In this document: positions 49,720-61,729 of the stretch, piece after piece
Layout of the letters: every line of letters starts with the position of its first letter
How positions within the stretch are numbered: the first letter of the stretch is position 1
Assembly: GCA_036785375.1 (NCBI GenBank)
Contig: JAWMAR010000531.1
Span: 744,001 to 808,000, forward strand
Source: Leucoraja ocellata
Taxonomy: Eukaryota
Direction of reading: 5' to 3'
Length of the DNA stretch: 64,000 nt
Program-made: the position numbers and the translations under genes
The notes under the pieces: model-generated
Told to the model about the DNA's origin: nothing
The model's input: only the letters and a program-made list of their open reading frames with translations
The model's database searches: none

Positions 49720-51400
49720 ATCCGTTGTTGGTGACGAATATAAATGACTTAGACATAAATGTGGATGGGTTGGTAAGTTTGCAGGCCACATCAAGATTGC
49801 TGGCATCGCGGAGAGTGAATACGGCTGTGGAAGTATACAGTGGCATGTGCAGTAGATCAACTACAGAATAGTTAATGAAGCTTAATCTGAGCTAGTGCGA
49901 CAAAGTACCCTTTCGGAAGTCGGATATAAAGGGAACTGGTTGATCGCAAAACACCTAACAGCACTGATGTGCAGAGAGATCTTGGGGACAGGGCCAGTAG
50001 CTTATTGAAAGTGGCAACACAAGTAGAAAGTGGTAAATGAATATGGTATACTTGCCTTCATTGGTTGCCGTTTTGAACATTGAGTCAGGAAGTTATGATG
50101 CAGTATTTGGAGTATTGTGTGCAGTTCAGGTCGCCCTATTACAGGAAGGATGTGGAGGCTTTAGAGAGGGTGCAAAAGAGGTTAACCATAATGTTACCTG
50201 GATTGGTGGGTTACAGCTACAAGGAGCAGTACAAAATTGTAATTTTTTCTGTGGAACACTGGAGGTTGAGGGGAGACCTGATAGTAGTGTGTAATTTTAT
50301 AAGAGGCAAGGATAGAGTAAACGGTCAGAATGTTGTTCCCAGGATGGAAAAGGACTAGAGGGCATAGCTTTAAGGTGAGATGGGCAAGGAGATGTGCGGG
50401 GCAATGTTTTTGCACAGAAGTTGGTGGGTGCCTGGAATGTGCTACCAGGGGTTGTGGTGAAGACAAATACAAGAAGAACATTTAAGAGATTCCCAGATAA
50501 GCACATGGATATGGAGGGATATGGATCGTGTACAGCCAAATGAGATAAGTTTATCTTGTTATCATGTTCGACACAGACACTATAGCCCTTGGGCCAGTTC
50601 TAGTCCTATATCATTCTATATTATAAATTATGTTTTGAAACACTGAAGGATTTTGAAGTGAGCAACATATTAAAGGCATTTTCTGGAGTTGACATTGAGA
50701 AACAAACTTCAAAGGTTCCCTGGATAGCAAAATATAATGAGGAATATGGATGACCATGAAATGATAGCAATATTTCTTTGTCATGAGGACTGAAACAGTC
50801 TGCAGTTTCCCCTTCACTATAACGTTATTATGTAATATTTACCATAAAAGATGCTTTAATTATGTCACACCATAAGGATTCGTAGAACATAGAACTGTAC
50901 AGCATAGGAGCAGGACCTTTGCCCCACAATATCCATGCCGAACATGATGCCAAGATAAACTAATCTCCTCTGCCTGCATGTGATCCATATTTATCCACCT
51001 CTCCCTTCCCTGCATATCTATATGCCAATCTAAAAGCCTCTTAATTGCCATTATCATATCTGCTTCCACCACCCTGGCAAGCATTACAGGCAGCCAAGAG
51101 CCACTGTGTAAAACAAACCTTCCCCCGTCATTTCCTTTTAAACTTTACCCCTCTCATCTTAATGCCTTCTCGTCTTTTACTTTTATCACCATGGGACAAG
51201 GTTCTGACTATCTACCCTGTCTATGCATCATAATTTTCTTCCACCAGGTCTCCCATCAGCCTCCAACGCTTCAGAGAAAACTATCCAAGTTTGTCCAACC
51301 ACTTTTTGCTAATACACACTAATCCTTGCAGCATTCTGGTAAACCTCTACTGCACCCTCGCCAAAGGCTTCACATCTTTCCTGTAATGGGGCGATTAGAG
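49720..51400. mobile_element. CR1 fragments (49720-50600 on +, 50885-51400 on -)
   Basis: LEYCVQFRSPYYRKDVEALERVQKRLTIMLPGL and RLRGDLI. Confidence 0.8.
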
Positions 51401-52454
51401 GATATCTTACAACATATTATAAGGGGGAGGTGTATGTGATGTGTCCTAGAATGGGACTGCACAGTCCATGATCTGTGTGGATCCTGTAGAACTGTCAAAA
51501 AAGGTTAAACCCATGGAGTTGTAGAGTAAGAGATTTGTTCCACCATTAGATATGGCTGAGTTTTTTCCATCCGGATTGTGGAGTTACACGTCTAGCACAT
51601 ACGGCAGCTGTTATTTCCTAGCATGCCCGTCATATCCTTCCTATTTTTGTTGTGATGTTGTAGTGAAGTTCGTGTTATTCGGGTGGTTTTGCCCAAGGTG
51701 TTTTATCAACTTGAACAATGCAGCATCAGAAACAATAGGTGATTGCGCTCATGCATTGTTTGATCTGTTTGTATAGCAAGCAAAACAAAATTTGGCACAA
51801 CATTTCGGAACTCATGATAATAATAAACCAATACCATCATGTCCTCATGCTCTTTTACGAGAATTTGATCCTTCTACGCATAAACTCACATCTGTGTGTT
51901 TTAATAGCGTTATTGTTTCATCTTTTCTAATTTCTATCCTCTGGTCATTAAATTCATAAATTATACGATCAGAATTAGGACATTTGTTCCATTAATTCTA
52001 CTCCACCATTCAATCATGGCATCTCAACCCCATTCTCCTGCATTTGTCCCGTAAACGTTGACAGCCTTACTAATCAAGAATTAATATTTCTCTGAACTGT
52101 GGCCTTGAAATCTACTTGAGAAAGGATTAATTGAGATGGTTTGTAAATTGAGATGGTCTGTAGATTGAGAGGTATTCTACAAGTCACAAGATACACCTCG
52201 TTTAAGAAAGAACTGCAGATGCTGGAAAAATCGAAGGTAGAGAAAAATGCTGGAGAAACTCAGCGGGTTAGGCAGCATCTGCGGAGAGAAGGAAGAGGCG
52301 ACTATTCCATCTCTCCAATAGATGCTGCCTCACCCGCTTAGATACCTACTTGTGTATATTTCACCTGCTTAGCAAAATAAAGCAACTGGAAAGACACCAA
52401 CTACGCTACTAGAGGATCTTTGGACACCAACAAAGATACAAGCAATGATCATAT

Positions 52455-53328
52455 AGGGAGGTTTCACGGCAGTCGGGTCACGACCCATGACCGGTATCAT
52501 TGCTATGCTAATCCAAATGGATTACACACGATGAACTGCAGGTAGGCACTTACCATTGTTTCCAGCGTAGCAGGCCCGTTAAAACCCGCCGAAATTGTCA
52601 ATTTTTGCGCTGTAAATAATTATGGAAATCGGGATAAGCGTGTGAGACATTTAGCATACTTCAGAATTCCAAAAGTGAGGAGAAATGACGGTAGATAAAA
52701 ACAAGAGCTGAAGGGACAACAACAGACAGAGTGCTTGGCGAACATTGGCCGTTTGCTCACTGCATTTCATCAAGTAAGGCATTATTTGTGTTTTTTCTTG
52801 ATTCCTTTGGCATCTAAAAAGTTTCAGAAGTGATAAATCTGGCTGTAAATTTTTTAAATCGCCCATGGTTCTCGTGGGTTTTTACATACAAAATGAAAAC
52901 GCATCTGAAGAAAAATTTACAGCCAGATTTATCACTTCTGAGAATTTTTAGATGCCAAAGGAATCAAGAAAAACACAAATAATGCCTTACTTGATGATAT
53001 GCAGTGAGCAAACGAGATAATTCCCAATATTTTCAATGTTTACCAAGCACTTTAGCTGCTGTAGTCCCTTCAGTTCTCGCTTCTCTATACCTTCATTTCG
53101 CTTCACGTTTGGAATTCTGAAGTTGGGTACATGTCTCTCACACTTACACCGACTCCCACAATTTTTTTCAGCGCAAAAATTCAACATTTTGGCGGTTTTT
53201 AACAGGTAGGAAAGTACTCGTTTCTAGTATTAATAACATATACCGGAAGTGCCGGATGTCTTCCAGTTGGATTTAGCGGCTCCATGCGTCGAGCCCTATG
53301 ACCCGGTGACCTTTCGTGCAACCCCCCT
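52455..53328. mobile_element. Foldback non-autonomous DNA transposon A (imperfect palindrome)
   Basis: Termini AGGGAGGTTTCACG / CGTGCAACCCCCCT. Near-identical inner arms ~52751-52854 and ~52911-53013; diverged outer arms; AT on both sides. Confidence 0.8.
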
Positions 53329-53330
53329 AT

Positions 53331-54068
53331 AGGGTGATTTCACCAAATGTCAAATGAGCGTAGATCCCCCCTCACGTGACCGAAAATTTTAACTGGAGGA
53401 CATATCTCAGTTTGGTACATGTTAGTGAATGGGGAAACACGCACTTTCCCACCCGTTAAAAACATGGAAAACGGCCGATTTTTTAGCTGAAATTTTCTGT
53501 GCTAGTCGGGGTGACCATGAAGGACAGCGACCTAAATTTTCAGGCAAAAAAAAAGATAGAAAGTAAGGTAATTACAAGAGGGAACTGAAGGTAGAAAACA
53601 GCGGAAGTGAACAGCAAACATTTGCCGTGATGATTTACAGGTCCAAAATATCGGGAATTATCGCGTTTGCTCGCTGAATTTCATCAAAAGCAAGGAATTA
53701 TTAACTTACTTTTGATGAAATTCAGCGGGCAAACGCGATAATTCCCGATATTTTGGATCTTTAAATCTCCACGGCAAATGTCGGCTGTTCACTTCCGCTG
53801 TTTTCTACTTTCAGTTCCCTCTTGTAATTACCTCACTTTCTATCTTTTTTTTTGCCTGAAAATTTAGGTCGCTGTGCTTCACGGTCACCCCGACTAGCAC
53901 AGAAAATTTCAGCTCAAAAATCGGCCGTTTTCCATGTTTTTAACGGGTGGGAAAGTGCGCGTTTCCCCATTCACTAACATGTACCGAACTGAGATATGTC
54001 CTCCAGTTAAAATTTTCGGTCACGTGAGGGGGGATCTACGCTCATTTGACCTTTGGTGAAATCACCCT
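53331..54068. mobile_element. Foldback non-autonomous DNA transposon B (738-bp near-perfect palindrome)
   Basis: AGGGTGATTTCACCAAA...TTTGGTGAAATCACCCT; two 364-bp arms around a 10-nt loop (53695-53704); AT flanks. Confidence 0.9.
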
Positions 54069-54080
54069 ATACATCTGAAT

Positions 54081-54115
54081 CAGTCTGAAGAAGGGTTTCG
54101 GCCCGAAACGTCGCC
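54081..54115 (+). ncRNA. Minimal type I hammerhead ribozyme motif in a TSD-flanked Penelope mini-insert (54076-54177)
   Basis: CTGAAGA (54085-91), A, GGGT-TTCG-GCCC, GAAAC, GTC (54110-12). CCCTATACATC at 54065-54075 and 54178-54188. Confidence 0.6.
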
Positions 54116-54771
54116 TATTTCCTTCGCTCCATAGATGCTGCTGCACCCGCTGAGTTTCTCCAGCAATTTTGTGTACCCCCTATACATCATTTTTTAATCT
54201 AGTTCAAAACAAATTTTATGTTGTTAAATACTTCATTTAGATGACCCCACCATTACAGACGGATCTCATTCCACTCTCTGGCTATTGGGAAGACCAGACC
54301 CATTTTATTGTTGAAAAACAATTCCATAGACACAAAAAAACATTCAAGGAGCATTCCAAGAGTAGAGCAACTGGAATCTTCATATTGCTGAAGTGTTCAA
54401 GAAAAGGTTTCGGCCCGAAACGTTACCTATTTCGTTCGCTCCATAGATGCTGCTGCACCCGCTGAGTTTCTCCATCATTTTTGTGTATCTTCATATTGCT
54501 GTTTTTTTTCCAAATACCGCAGTTGTGAACAGTGTGATTAGATGAATTATAGAGTGCAAGTGTAATAAAAAAATCAACTCAAACACAGCACATGAGCCAT
54601 TTCAAAAGAGAAGCTTTTCAAAAAAACCTTAAAAAAGACAATTAACAGAATCATAATTTGTTAACATATTAATCTTTAAGAAATGTTAACAGAATTATGA
54701 ATTAACAGAATTGCATTAAGTGGTGGACTGTCTTGATCGCTATATGATCTTTGGTTACATACGCCACCAAC

Positions 54772-54886
54772 CAAAGATCTTAGAGCAGAGTGTTCAGGAA
54801 GGAACTGCAGATGCTCTGCATCAAAGATCCTAGAGCTGCTATAAGATATTTGCTCTGCATAGCAGAGCTCTGCTATAAGACCTTTG
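54772..54886. mobile_element. 115-bp hAT-like MITE
   Basis: TIRs CAAAGATCTTAGAGCAGAG / CTCTGCTATAAGACCTTTG (17/19 match); 8-bp TSD CCACCAAC at 54764-54771 and 54887-54894. Confidence 0.75.
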
Positions 54887-54934
54887 CCACCAACCACTGG
54901 CCAAACACTGGTGGTGGACCTATGCTTCCTTGCT

Positions 54935-55170
54935 GTGATTGGACGTTAGTCTAGCGATTCGTTCATTGGGACGTTGCATTCCCTTTCTCACAATAAGATT
55001 GGCCCACAGTGATGCATTATGTAACCCTCCTTCTGATTGGCTGTGACACAGCTTTAGTTTGGATTGGTCAGAGTTCCGTGGGTGCGTGAACTGATTGGAC
55101 AATGTTAATGAGCCCGGTGATTGGTGGCTCGCCGGCGGCGCGGTGCGTTATGGGTTAGACGCAGCTTCCG
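54935..55170 (+). promoter_or_regulatory. RPLP0: RPLP0 promoter with seven inverted CCAAT boxes
   Basis: ATTGG at 54938, 54965, 54998, 55036, 55063, 55094 and 55120; CTTCCG ETS-like site before the TOP tract; CpG-rich ~55075-55400. Confidence 0.8.
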
Positions 55171-55199
55171 CTCTCTCTCTTTCTTGCCGTGGCTCTGAG
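55171..55199 (+). other. RPLP0: RPLP0 non-coding exon 1 with 5'TOP tract (start approximate)
   Basis: CTCTCTCTCTTTCTT pyrimidine tract typical of ribosomal-protein TCT/TOP starts; GAG|GTGAGC donor. Confidence 0.8.
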
Positions 55200-55669
55200 G
55201 TGAGCGAGTGGACGGACGGTGCAGCTGCTTGTTGTTGTGGCGGCGGTGGGGGCCGGGCCGGGCGGCTGCTCTCCCAATGTAGGGCCCGGCATTAAACCGA
55301 GCGGCCAGGTCACCACGCGACCCAGACTTTAGTGGGAGTCGGTCTGCGCCCAGTGGTTGGGCCTCAGCACCGCTGGCCGCCTCGGGCCCTGCTGTCCTCA
55401 TACACGTGTCCCACCCCTTGCTGGTCCCCACCCCATCTGACTGTCATGGTGTGCCACGCCTGAAGTCCAGCACGGATTTCTAACTTGCCCAATGAAGGAC
55501 ACACAAAATCCTGGAGTAACTCAGCGGGTCAGGCAGCATCTCTGGAGGAAATGGATAGGTGAATTATCGGTTTGGTTTTGAAGATGCTGCCTGACCCGCT
55601 GAGTTACTCTAGCATCTTTGATATAAACCGACATCTGCAGTTCCTTGTTATTAATTTCTAACTTGCCAC

Positions 55670-56500
55670 CTCGCAACTTGTTCCACATACCCACCACCCT
55701 CTGAAAAGGTTGTCCCTCGGGTTCTTACCCCATTCACCTTAAACCTATTCCCTCGAATTTGTGATTCCTCAAACTTTGGGGGAAAAACGTGTAATTTCCT
55801 AACTATTCCCATTATGAGTTTATAAACCTCTATAAGATTCGTCTGAAAAATGGTCCCAAACTGAAATGCTGTTAGTCCATTCTCCTAAATGGGTAGGCCT
55901 TTTAGGACTGAGATGAGGAAAAACGTTTTCAGCCAGAGAGTTGTAAATCTGTGGAATTCTCTGCCACAGAGGCATTGGAGGCTAATTCACTGGATGTATT
56001 CAAGAGAGAGTTAGATTTAGCTCTTAGGGCTAACAGAATCAAGGAATATGGGGAGAAAGCAGGAACGGGATACTGATTTTGGATGATCATATAGAATGGC
56101 TTGAAGGGCCGAATGGCCTACTCCCACACCTAATTTCTATGTTTCTCCAGATGCTACCTACACTTTGTGTTGCTTGAGCACTTGGTGTTTTACCTGAAAT
56201 TCCAGCATCCTTTCTCGTTTCTCTAAGATCACCTTTCAGCCTCCTGTGTCACAAAGAATAAAGTCTGAGCCTGCACAATCTTGCCCTATAACTAAGGCCC
56301 TCCTGTCAGCATCCTCATCAAACCTCTCTGCCATGGCATCTTTCCCCTAAATGGGTGACCAAGAATATTCCTAACTATTGTCTTGTACAACTATAAAATA
56401 ACGTCTCGACTTCTATACATGCTTCCTTGACTGAAGTCCAGCATGCCAAAAGCCTTTTTCGTTATACTGTCAACCTGCAACAAAACTTTCATTTACTCTG
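55670..56500. mobile_element. Nested CR1 fragments in RPLP0 intron 1
   Basis: + strand CR1 3' end at ~55890-56145 (GAGATGAGGAAAAAC...GGGCCGAATGGCCTACTCC) lies inside older minus-strand CR1 sequence. Confidence 0.7.
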
Positions 56501-57445
56501 TACCTGTATGGATCAAATTAAACTGATTTGCTGTGACCTAATTGAATTTCCTATTTGATGATGCCTAATGTTCAAATGGCATTGCCCAAATACGGATTAA
56601 TTTTGAGATTATTGTTTTGCCTGTATCTTTGCCAATATAATTTCAATGTTTATTACCTTCCCTCTTGTTGAAAGCAGTTCCCTATTTCGTTTTAGTTTTT
56701 AGATCAGTGACATGGTCCAAGACGTGCACTATTTTTGTGCAACCATGCTAAAGCCATAATAATGAGTGAATTTAAAATATCTTGTTTCTGAGATTATCAG
56801 TCAAATCATCACCCTCTAGCATGTTGGGCTGAAAGATACACTTTGTCTTCAGTTTTTAAGTATATAAGTTCTCAATTGACGGTATGGAAATGTGACATCT
56901 GGAAACTCCTGATCCACAATAACCGCATCTGCATTTGCTGTACAAAATGGATCAGTAAAGTAAGATGAATTTACAGGGTCAGTAAAGAGTTAGAGTGGGT
57001 AAAATAAAGTTAGTTTAATTTTAAGATATGGATTTGCTTACTCTGGGAAGAATAAAATATAAAATATGGTTTAAATGGACAAAACTAGAGGATGCTGCTG
57101 TATTGAAGAATCTGGGAATATTTATGAAGTGGCAAGTCGTTATGAAGGCAAATAGGTTGTTAGACTTTATTGCAAGAGGAATGGAATGCAAATATGGGCA
57201 ATGGTTTTGATGAGGCCTCACCTGGAGTACTAAATGTACCCTTGGGCATTTAAGGTAGGAAATACTTGTGTGAAAGAGGGATTATTTTAAAAGTGGGTGG
57301 ATAGTATTTATCAATTGTGCTTTTGTTTATATGAAACATCTATTCCTAGTTTAATTGTGGAAGCCTCATTTCTCTTTTTCTCATTGCCTTGCAGCAAAAT
57401 CGTGTCTTTAAACCAGTTTGTGGCAATCCTTGGAAGCACATAAAG

Positions 57446-57499
57446 ATGCCCAGGGAAGACAGAGCAGCGTGGAAGTCCAATTATTTTATTAAAATTATC
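57446..57499 (+). CDS. RPLP0: 60S acidic ribosomal protein P0, first coding exon (exon 2 starts 57395)
   Basis: MPREDRAAWKSNYFIKII; ATC|GTGAGT donor. Confidence 0.97.
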
Positions 57500-57834
57500 G
57501 TGAGTATGACCTTCTTCACTCTTTGTAGTCCAGGCTGTCAGGATCTGCACACTTTTAATACTTTAAGATTTGCTCCAAGTATTTGAAAGACGATTTACGA
57601 TAACCAAGTTTACGTCAAAATATGTTGAAAAGAACGAAAATGTTGCAAATAGGTCATTTTTAGATCATTGCCGGCTCAAGGGTTCTGATAATTAATCACA
57701 CTAAAGAATGACTTTTAACATGATGGGTCTCAGCCTGATACAATTGGGACTGAATAATGAACTAATGTGAACCATTAATTGCAATAAACCTAACATTTAA
57801 ATGACAGTGTTTGGTGTTTGGGAGGAAAGGCATA

Positions 57835-58925
57835 CAGTGCTATCCATAATGTTTGGGACAAAGACCCATAATTGATTTATTTGCCTCTGTACCACACAAT
57901 TTAAAAGATTTGTAATAGAAAAAAAATCACATGTGGATAAAGTGCACATTGTCAGATTTTATACATTTTGGTTTAACCATGTAGAATTTACAGCTGTGTT
58001 TATAGATAGTCCCCCCCGTCCCCAGCAAGTGGGGTATAAGAGAGCTCTCAGCATCTAGTCTTTCCTCCAGTCTTTCCATCACCTTTGGAAACTAATTGGT
58101 GTTTATCAAAGGACCAAAGTTGTGCCAATGAAAGTCAAATAAGCCATTTTGAGACTGCGAAACAAGAATAACACTGTTAGAGACATCAGCCAAACCTTAG
58201 GCTTACCAAAATGAACTGTTTGGAACATCATTAAGAAGAAAGAGAGCACTGGTGAGCTTATTAATAGCAAAGGGACTGGCAGGCCAAGGAAGACCTCCGC
58301 AGCTGATGACAGAAGATTTCTCTATAATAAAGAAAAATCCCCAAACACCTGTCCGACGATCAGAAACATTCAGGAGTCAGGTGTGGATTTGTCAATGACC
58401 ACTGTGCAGAAGACTTCATGATCAGAAAAACAGAGGCTACACTGCAAGATGCATACCACTGGTTAGCTGCAAAAATAGGATGGCCCGGTTACAGTTTGCC
58501 AAGAAAAAAGAGCAGCCAGAGTTCTGGAAAAAGGTCTTGTGGACAGATGAGATGAAGATTAACTTATATCAGAGTGATGGCAAGAGCAAAGTATGCAGGA
58601 GAGAAGGTCCAAAACATACCACCTCATCTGTACACAGTGGTGGGGGTGTTATGGCCTGGGCATGACTGCTGAAGGTACTGGCTCACTTACGATTCACCTG
58701 TAGGTTCACTGTGCCTCCAAACTGTGTTCAAATGCTGATTTGGGAATCATGCCCTTGTAAAGAATCAAGCCCTGCAAAACTCCACTGTTCCCCTAATGTT
58801 CTGGAAAATTGACCTTTGTTACTGTTTGTAAATTTGCTGTCCATGGTTTCAACCTCTTATTAAAATTGAGGCCCATTTGAAAAAAAAGTCTACTCTGTGG
58901 CACTTTATCCCAAACCTTATGGAAG
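57835..58925 (+). mobile_element. Decayed Tc1-like transposon with transposase pseudogene
   Basis: TA|CAGTGCTATCCATAATGTTTGGGACAAAG left end; partial inverted copy CTTTATCCCAAACCTTATGGA at ~58903. HTH/GRPRKT and FWKKVLWTDEMKINL...GGGVMAW motifs with stops and deletions. Confidence 0.85.
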
Positions 58926-59325
58926 ATCATATATAACATGTGACTGCACTCTTTTACTTCATCAAAAGGTTCAAAGTTGGTTAGAATGTAATTTGCCTTG
59001 AACTAAGCTTTTAACTAGACTCAGCAAGTGGGGTGAGGCACAAAATCTTAGGGAAAGTCAAAACAACTGCAAATGCTGGAAATACTCAGCATCTATGGGA
59101 AGAGAAGCAGCTTCAACATTTCAGTTCATTTCTTCCAAACTGTATTAGGACCTGAGTAGCACTGGTGTTACAAAAATGTACATGGCTTCAAAAGTGGAAA
59201 GATTGTTCTGCAAGATGTTTAAGTGTAAGACTGGATTCAACAGGTGCACATTTGATAAGTTTGTTTTAGTTTCAGATATGAAACGGGGTCCTCTTGTACA
59301 TAAAGTATTCCTATAATTTCTTTAG

Positions 59326-59502
<177 letters not shown>

Positions 59503-59589
59503 TGAGTGAGATGATAAAGCAGTACAGCTACAAGTGTTTATCACGGTATGTAATTGATGCACTTGTTTACTTCTACTGTTTCTCTTCAG

Positions 59590-59677
59590 GCTCTTACCAC
59601 ATATTCGTGGCAACGTTGGCTTTGTGTTCACCAAGGAGGATTTATGTGAAGTTCGTGACATGCTGCTGTCCAACAAG
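59590..59677 (+). CDS. RPLP0: RPLP0 exon 4
   Basis: [29 protein letters not shown]; AG/GT sites. Confidence 0.98.
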
Positions 59678-60019
59678 GTAAAAGGTTTTGATCTCCAACT
59701 ATAATGTCCAACTACAATGACATTAATTGCCATTTGTGTTTGTTTAAGTTTGAGTCGATTATTAACTTCAGCATGGGATCTTCATTGCCAATTATGATAT
59801 GACATCTTTAGTTTAATGAAGCATCTCTGCACTGCTGGTGATGAGAGGAGAAATATTGGCACATCTTTAATGTTGGCTCAGTCTGACTGTGGTCTTTATG
59901 TTAAGATGCATTCAGGTTGATATGTATTTGTATTAATTAAGAGTGCTTTCTGTTGTTTAGTGTCAACTCACGTTGCTCTGCTCGCCTGTCTTTGTTCCAC
60001 CGGTGCTGAATTACTTTAA

Positions 60020-60525
<506 letters not shown>

Positions 60526-60821
60526 TTTTTGTTTTAATTCCCTTAAATTAGTAGGATTAATCGTATGATTTTTCTGAAGCCTTGTGCAGTTTTGTAATTG
60601 CTCTCACTGAATTATTACATTGTTTTACATGAAAAATTAAAGTTCTGTGACCTTAACTGCAGGCTGGGATTCATTTTATGGTGATATTTTGACGCTTTCT
60701 ATATGGTGCTTCTAAAATTGTCACTGTGTATTTACCCTTGAAATAATTGTCCTTACTTGTTATAACCTTAGTATGGTGTAAAGTTGCCGTTCTTCCCTGA
60801 CAACTAATTGTCTTCCCTTAG

Positions 60822-61007
60822 AACGATGTATATCTCATCAAGATTGGTGACAAGGTGGGAGCCAGTGAAGCCACTCTGCTGAACATGTTGAATATCTCTC
60901 CCTTCTCCTACGGCTTGGTGATCAGGCAGGTTTATGACAATGGCAGTGTATATGAGCCTGAGGTCCTGGACATCACAGAAGAAACTCTGCAGAAATGTTT
61001 CCTGGAG
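60822..61007 (+). CDS. RPLP0: RPLP0 exon 6
   Basis: [62 protein letters not shown]; AG/GT sites. Confidence 0.98.
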
Positions 61008-61387
61008 GTATGCCAAATTACATTGCTCGGGCTTCTTGCTAGAGATTTTGTAACGTTGTGACGGTCTCAGCCTAAAAGGATTTGGCTGTTTTGTAAACAA
61101 ATTTAGGGTCTTGTGAGCTGACATTGCAAAATGCTGGTTCCTATTGTACTGTTAAATGCTGTAACATTGTTTGAATTTGTCATGGACTTTTTTTTTTAAA
61201 TGTTCAAATGGCAATGTAGGACCTTGCACAAGCAGGAAATGGACTGCCTGGAATTTTGCACTGGATCTTTATTTTGTACTCTTTCAGTACGTTGAAGCTT
61301 GGTTTCCTCATGCTTACTGTGATTATACGTTGGTAAATACAGTCTTTTGGTTAACATCAAAGTAATTGTTGCCAAAAAGGGTACTAG

Positions 61388-61715
61388 TATCATCAAAAAC
61401 CCAGGCCGTGCTCTCTTTCACTTCTACCATTGGAAAAAGGTATAGGAGTCTGAAAGCCATGGCCACAAGGTTCATGAATAGCTTCTCCCCAACAACAATC
61501 CAGCTCTTGAACACTGCACAACACTAATCAATGGACTATCTTTACTTGCACTAAGTACTTGGGATTTTTCTTTTCCACACTAGTATTTGGGTTGTTAGTT
61601 TACTGAATGTTGTGCATTAGATATTCGTGTATTGTGTCACGGGCATGTTATGTTGTCGCAAATAAGAATGTCATTGTTCTGTTGACAGTGCCTATGACAA
61701 TTAAACGCTCTTGAC
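61388..61715 (+). mobile_element. Rex1/Babar-like LINE 3' end in RPLP0 intron 6
   Basis: LLPLEKRYRSLKAMATRFMNSFSPTTIQLLN, then a 3'UTR ending GACAATTAAACGCTCTTGAC. Confidence 0.7.
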
Positions 61716-61729
61716 AAATGTTTTCACAG

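Noticed and set aside
55095-55431. ORFs over the RPLP0 CpG island
   Set aside because: GC-rich promoter, exon 1 and intron 1 sequence; no coding signature.
59831-59893. Box C/D snoRNA in RPLP0 intron 4 (GTGATGA 59838, CTGA 59883)
   Set aside because: Only 49 nt from C to D, no clear C'/D' boxes and no recognisable rRNA guide; would need an Infernal or snoscan hit.
61029-61126. H/ACA snoRNA-like hairpin-AAAGGA-hairpin-ACA in RPLP0 intron 6
   Set aside because: Short, weak stems and only ~20 nt from the donor; not distinguishable from chance by eye.
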